NCBI GenBank assembly: GCA_965209055.1
Contig: OZ242374.1
Coordinates: 960,001 to 1,024,000, forward strand
DNA: 64,000 bases
Direction of reading: 5' to 3'
Origin: Acidobacteriota bacterium
GTDB taxonomy: Bacteria > Acidobacteriota > UBA6911 > RPQK01 > JAJDTT01
The notes beneath the pieces are model-generated. The model did not search any database. It was not told where the DNA came from and was given only the letters and a program-made list of their open reading frames with translations. This document shows, piece by piece, positions 60,522-64,000 of the stretch. Every line of letters begins with the position of its first letter. Within the stretch, counting starts at the first letter, position 1. The position numbers and the translations under genes are program-made.

Positions 60522-61634
60522 ATGGAACGGCAGACCATACTCGACACCAAGGAACTCGAGATCAACATGGGTCCCCAGCACCCGTCCACTCACGGCGTGC
60601 TGCGAGTCCGGCTCAAACTGGACGGGGAACGGGTGGTCGACGCCGAGAGCATCATCGGCTACCTCCACCGGGGGGTGGAGAAGATCGCCGAAAACCGGAA
60701 CTACATCAAGTGCACTCCCTACTTCGACCGGACGGACTACATCGCCGCCGTTTCCAACGTCTACGGCTATGTGCTGGGAGTGGAGAAGATGCTGGGGATC
60801 GAGGTCCCGGAACGCGCCCGGCGCATTCGGATCATGATGACCGAATTCAACCGGATCGCGAGCCATCTGCTCTGGCTGGCCACCCATGCCATCGACATCG
60901 GGGCCATGACCGTCTTCCTCTACTGCTTTCGCGAGAGGGAAGAGGTCCTGAAGCTGTTCGAGGCCATCTTCGGCGCGCGACTGACCACCCACGCCTTCCG
61001 GCTGGGAGGGTTGTGGCTGGACATGCCTCCCGGGTTCGAGGCGGCCTGCCGGAAGTTCATCGACGAGTTTCCGAAGCGCGTCGACGAGTACGAGCAGCTC
61101 CTCACCCGGAATCGGATCTGGTTGGAGCGCACCAGGGGGGTCGGCGTCATTTCGGCCGAAGAGGCCATCGACTGGGGGCTGAGCGGCCCCCCGCTCCGGG
61201 GCTCCGGGGTCGACCACGACCTGCGCAAGCTCCGGCCCTATGGCGGATACGAGCAGTTCCAATTCGACGTGCCCGTGGGGAAGAACGGCGACACCTACGA
61301 CCGCTACCTGATCCGGCTCGAAGAGATGCGGCAGAGCCGCCGCATCATCGCCCAGATCCTGGATGACCTGCCCGACGGGCCGGTCCGAGGCCGGGCTCCC
61401 AAGATTCCCAAGCCGCCCGTGGGCGAATACTACTCGGGCATCGAGAGCCCCAGGGGAGAGTTGGGATACTACATCGTCAGTGACGGATCGCCGCAACCCT
61501 TCCGGCTCCGCATCCGTCCACCCACGTTCATCAGTCTCCAGGCGCTGCGGAGGCTGGTGCGCGGACACCTGGTGGCGGACGTGGTGGCCATCATCGGAAC
61601 GCTGGACATCGTGCTGGGGGAGATCGACCGCTAA
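60522..61634 (+). CDS. nuoD: NADH-quinone oxidoreductase subunit D
   Basis: [40 protein letters not shown]. Confidence 0.97.
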   Translation: MERQTILDTKELEINMGPQHPSTHGVLRVRLKLDGERVVDAESIIGYLHRGVEKIAENRNYIKCTPYFDRTDYIAAVSNVYGYVLGVEKMLGIEVPERARRIRIMMTEFNRIASHLLWLATHAIDIGAMTVFLYCFREREEVLKLFEAIFGARLTTHAFRLGGLWLDMPPGFEAACRKFIDEFPKRVDEYEQLLTRNRIWLERTRGVGVISAEEAIDWGLSGPPLRGSGVDHDLRKLRPYGGYEQFQFDVPVGKNGDTYDRYLIRLEEMRQSRRIIAQILDDLPDGPVRGRAPKIPKPPVGEYYSGIESPRGELGYYIVSDGSPQPFRLRIRPPTFISLQALRRLVRGHLVADVVAIIGTLDIVLGEIDR

Positions 61635-62734
61635 TGGCCGAGTGGATCATCGTCTACGGAATCATACCGTTCGCCAAGGTCGCGGTGATCGTGCTGGTTC
61701 TGTCGGGCGCCGTCGCCTACATGACCCTGCTCGAGCGCAAGGTCATCGCCCATATCCAGGTGCGGCTGGGACCCATGCGCGTGGGTTGGCACGGGTTGCT
61801 TCAGCCTATCGCCGACGGGCTGAAGTTCATCCTCAAGGAAGACATCGTCCCGGCCCGGTCGGACAAGCTGATTTTCACGCTGGCTCCGGCCATCAGCCTG
61901 GTCCCCGCCTTCGTGGTGTTCGCCGTCATTCCCTTCGGTCCTCCCGGCATGATGGAGGACCTGCTTCGCTTGGCGCTGAGTCCTTTTCTGGACGCGGCCG
62001 CCGTGGAGTCCATCGCGACCCACTCGGCCGCTTCGGGAGGATTCGTCACCGACATCAACATCGCGCTGTTGTTCGTGCTCTCCATTTCCTCCGTGGGAAT
62101 CCTGGGAGTCATCCTGGGAGGGTGGGCCTCCAACAGCAAATATCCGCTGCTGGGAGCGCTTCGCTCCAGCGCCCAGATGATCAGCTACGAGGTGGCCCTG
62201 GGCTTCTCCGTGATCGGTGTGCTGCTGGTGACCCAGTCGCTGAGCCTGGTCCAGATCGTGGAGAATCAGCGGGAAGCCGAGGTCTGGTACATCTTTTACC
62301 AGCCCTTGGCCTTCGTCCTGTTCTTCATCTGCGGCATGGCCGAAACCAACCGGCTGCCCTTCGACCTCCCCGAGGCGGAAACCGAGCTGGTGGGTGGTTT
62401 CCACACCGAATACAGCGGCTTCCGCTTTTCCCTCTTCTTCATCGCCGAATATGCCGCCATGGTCACGGTCAGCGCGGTGGCGGTGACCCTGTTCCTGGGA
62501 GGTTGGCTGAGGCCGTTTCCCAACGTGGAGTGGCTCTCGTTCCTGGACGTGATCCCTCCGCTGTTGTGGTTCGTGATCAAGGTGTTCTTACTGCTTTACG
62601 TCTTCATCTGGATCCGGGGAACGCTTCCCCGATACCGCTTCGACCAGTTGATGCAGTACGGCTGGAAGCTCTTTCTCCCGCTGGCCCTGGCCAACGTGAT
62701 CGTCACGGCGGGAGTGGTTCTGGCATTCATGTAG
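61634..62734 (+). CDS. nuoH: NADH-quinone oxidoreductase subunit H
   Basis: ERKV, QPIADGLK, SNSKY, QMISYE, ETNRLPFDLPEAETELVGG, PRYRFDQLM. Confidence 0.97.
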   Translation: MAEWIIVYGIIPFAKVAVIVLVLSGAVAYMTLLERKVIAHIQVRLGPMRVGWHGLLQPIADGLKFILKEDIVPARSDKLIFTLAPAISLVPAFVVFAVIPFGPPGMMEDLLRLALSPFLDAAAVESIATHSAASGGFVTDINIALLFVLSISSVGILGVILGGWASNSKYPLLGALRSSAQMISYEVALGFSVIGVLLVTQSLSLVQIVENQREAEVWYIFYQPLAFVLFFICGMAETNRLPFDLPEAETELVGGFHTEYSGFRFSLFFIAEYAAMVTVSAVAVTLFLGGWLRPFPNVEWLSFLDVIPPLLWFVIKVFLLLYVFIWIRGTLPRYRFDQLMQYGWKLFLPLALANVIVTAGVVLAFM

Positions 62735-62792
62735 ACAATGCCAAAACGGGTTTGTAAATTGACGGATCGAACAAGAATCAGGCGGATCAACA

Positions 62793-63254
62793 ATGATTGA
62801 ATTCCTACGCCGCATGCTCTTCTGGGACATCGTGAAGGGTCTGGCCGTGACCTTTCGCTACACCTACACCAAGGTGTACACGGAACAGTATCCGACCGAG
62901 AAGCCCAAGCTGGCGGAGCGCTACAAGGGAGCTCCCCGTCTCAACAACGACCCGGAAACGGGTGAGACTCTCTGCATCGCCTGTGACCTGTGCGCCCTGA
63001 TCTGTCCGGAAGACCTGATCGTCGTCGGCTCCACCAGGGATCCGGAGAGCCGCAAGAAGGTGCTGACGCATTACACGTTCGACACTTCCCGCTGCCTGTT
63101 CTGCGGGCTCTGCCAGGAAGTGTGTCCCACCAACGCCGTCGAGTTGACCCAGGACTTCGAGCTGGCCGCATACGACCGCAGGGACATGGTGTGGAATCGT
63201 GAGCGCCTGGAGAAGTGTTGGGACCGCATCGATTTCGGGAAGAATTACAACTGA
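62793..63254 (+). CDS. nuoI: NADH-quinone oxidoreductase subunit I
   Basis: CIACDLCALICP and CLFCGLCQEVCP (two 4Fe-4S motifs). Confidence 0.96.
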   Translation: MIEFLRRMLFWDIVKGLAVTFRYTYTKVYTEQYPTEKPKLAERYKGAPRLNNDPETGETLCIACDLCALICPEDLIVVGSTRDPESRKKVLTHYTFDTSRCLFCGLCQEVCPTNAVELTQDFELAAYDRRDMVWNRERLEKCWDRIDFGKNYN

Positions 63255-63260
63255 TCGAGC

Positions 63261-63773
63261 ATGGAAACCTATCTCTTCTACGCCCTGGCGCTGATCCTGG
63301 TGACCTTTTCCATTCTCACCGTGACCGCGCGGAACCCGGTGCGGAGCGCCGTCTACCTGGTTTCGGCGCTGCTGGCGGTGGCGGGATTCTTCTTCCTCAT
63401 GGAGGCGGAGTTCGTCGGCGCCGTTCAGGTGCTGGTCTACGTGGGCGGCATCATGGTGCTCTTTCTCTTCGTCATCATGCTGGTCAGCATCGAGGCCCTG
63501 GACCGGCAGCCGAAGGTGAGCCGGCAATGGAGGACCGGGCTGGTCCTGGCCGTGGTCCTCTGCCTGGAATTGAGCCTTCTCATATTCCGGGGAACGGTTT
63601 CTCTGGAGGAGGGACTGGCGGAATCGGGGATCATCACCACTACCGAGACCATGAACACGGAAGCCGTAGGGACGGTTCTCTACAGCACCTACCTGCTTCC
63701 CTTCGAGATTGCCTCGGTCCTGCTTCTGGTGGCCATCGTGGGCGCCGTGGTACTGGCCAAAAAGGAGATCTGA
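63261..63773 (+). CDS. nuoJ: NADH-quinone oxidoreductase subunit J
   Basis: NPVRSA, QVLVYVGGIMVLFLFVIML, YLLPFEIAS. Confidence 0.95.
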   Translation: METYLFYALALILVTFSILTVTARNPVRSAVYLVSALLAVAGFFFLMEAEFVGAVQVLVYVGGIMVLFLFVIMLVSIEALDRQPKVSRQWRTGLVLAVVLCLELSLLIFRGTVSLEEGLAESGIITTTETMNTEAVGTVLYSTYLLPFEIASVLLLVAIVGAVVLAKKEI

Positions 63774-63791
63774 ACCGGTGCGGAGTCTAGG

Positions 63792-64000
63792 ATGATCGGA
63801 CCCAGCCACTACCTCTTCCTGAGCGCCATCGTCTTCACCATCGGCGCCGTCGGAGTGCTGACCCGGCGCAACGTCATCATCATCTTCATGTCCATCGAGC
63901 TCATGCTCAACGCCGTGAATCTGAACCTGATCGCCTTCTCGGCTCACCTGCAGGATCTGGCGGGCCAGGTTTTCGTCGTCTTCGTCATCACCGTCGCCGC
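63792..64000 (+). CDS. nuoK: NADH-quinone oxidoreductase subunit K (partial, runs off the window)
   Basis: Manual translation [50 protein letters not shown]...[12 protein letters not shown]. Confidence 0.93.
   Translation, partial: MIGPSHYLFLSAIVFTIGAVGVLTRRNVIIIFMSIELMLNAVNLNLIAFSAHLQDLAGQVFVVFVITVA

Overview
This is a GC-rich bacterial chromosomal window made mostly of core genes. Gene content (planctomycete-type cytochrome c/DUF1501 pair, PQQ-like propeller, LPS genes, RsbW/RsbV) suggests Acidobacteriota or similar, which is an inference. It carries DNA repair genes (mutY, ruvAB, yebC-ruvC, uvrB), uppS-cdsA-dxr-rseP, aroA/aroK, grpE/clpB, a MoxR-DUF58-transglutaminase triad, yacG-pgpA-cinA-thpR, two type II TA pairs and the start of a nuo operon. 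The main observations are: (1) a nuoABCD-HIJK operon with no nuoEFG, whose NuoC has a ~210-aa repetitive Arg/Lys/Pro/Glu-rich N-terminal extension; (2) a two-subunit B12 mutase with isobutyryl-CoA-mutase rather than methylmalonyl-CoA-mutase specificity residues; (3) a ~100-nt rod-like structured element after rseP; (4) a phased DnaA-box-like cluster; (5) a MITE family and a REP/BIME-like family; (6) a recurring leaderless-type -10 box 5-8 nt before start codons; and (7) a yacG gene missed by the ORF track. No tRNA, rRNA, CRISPR array or transposase was seen. All calls come from motif recognition by eye; no searches were run.
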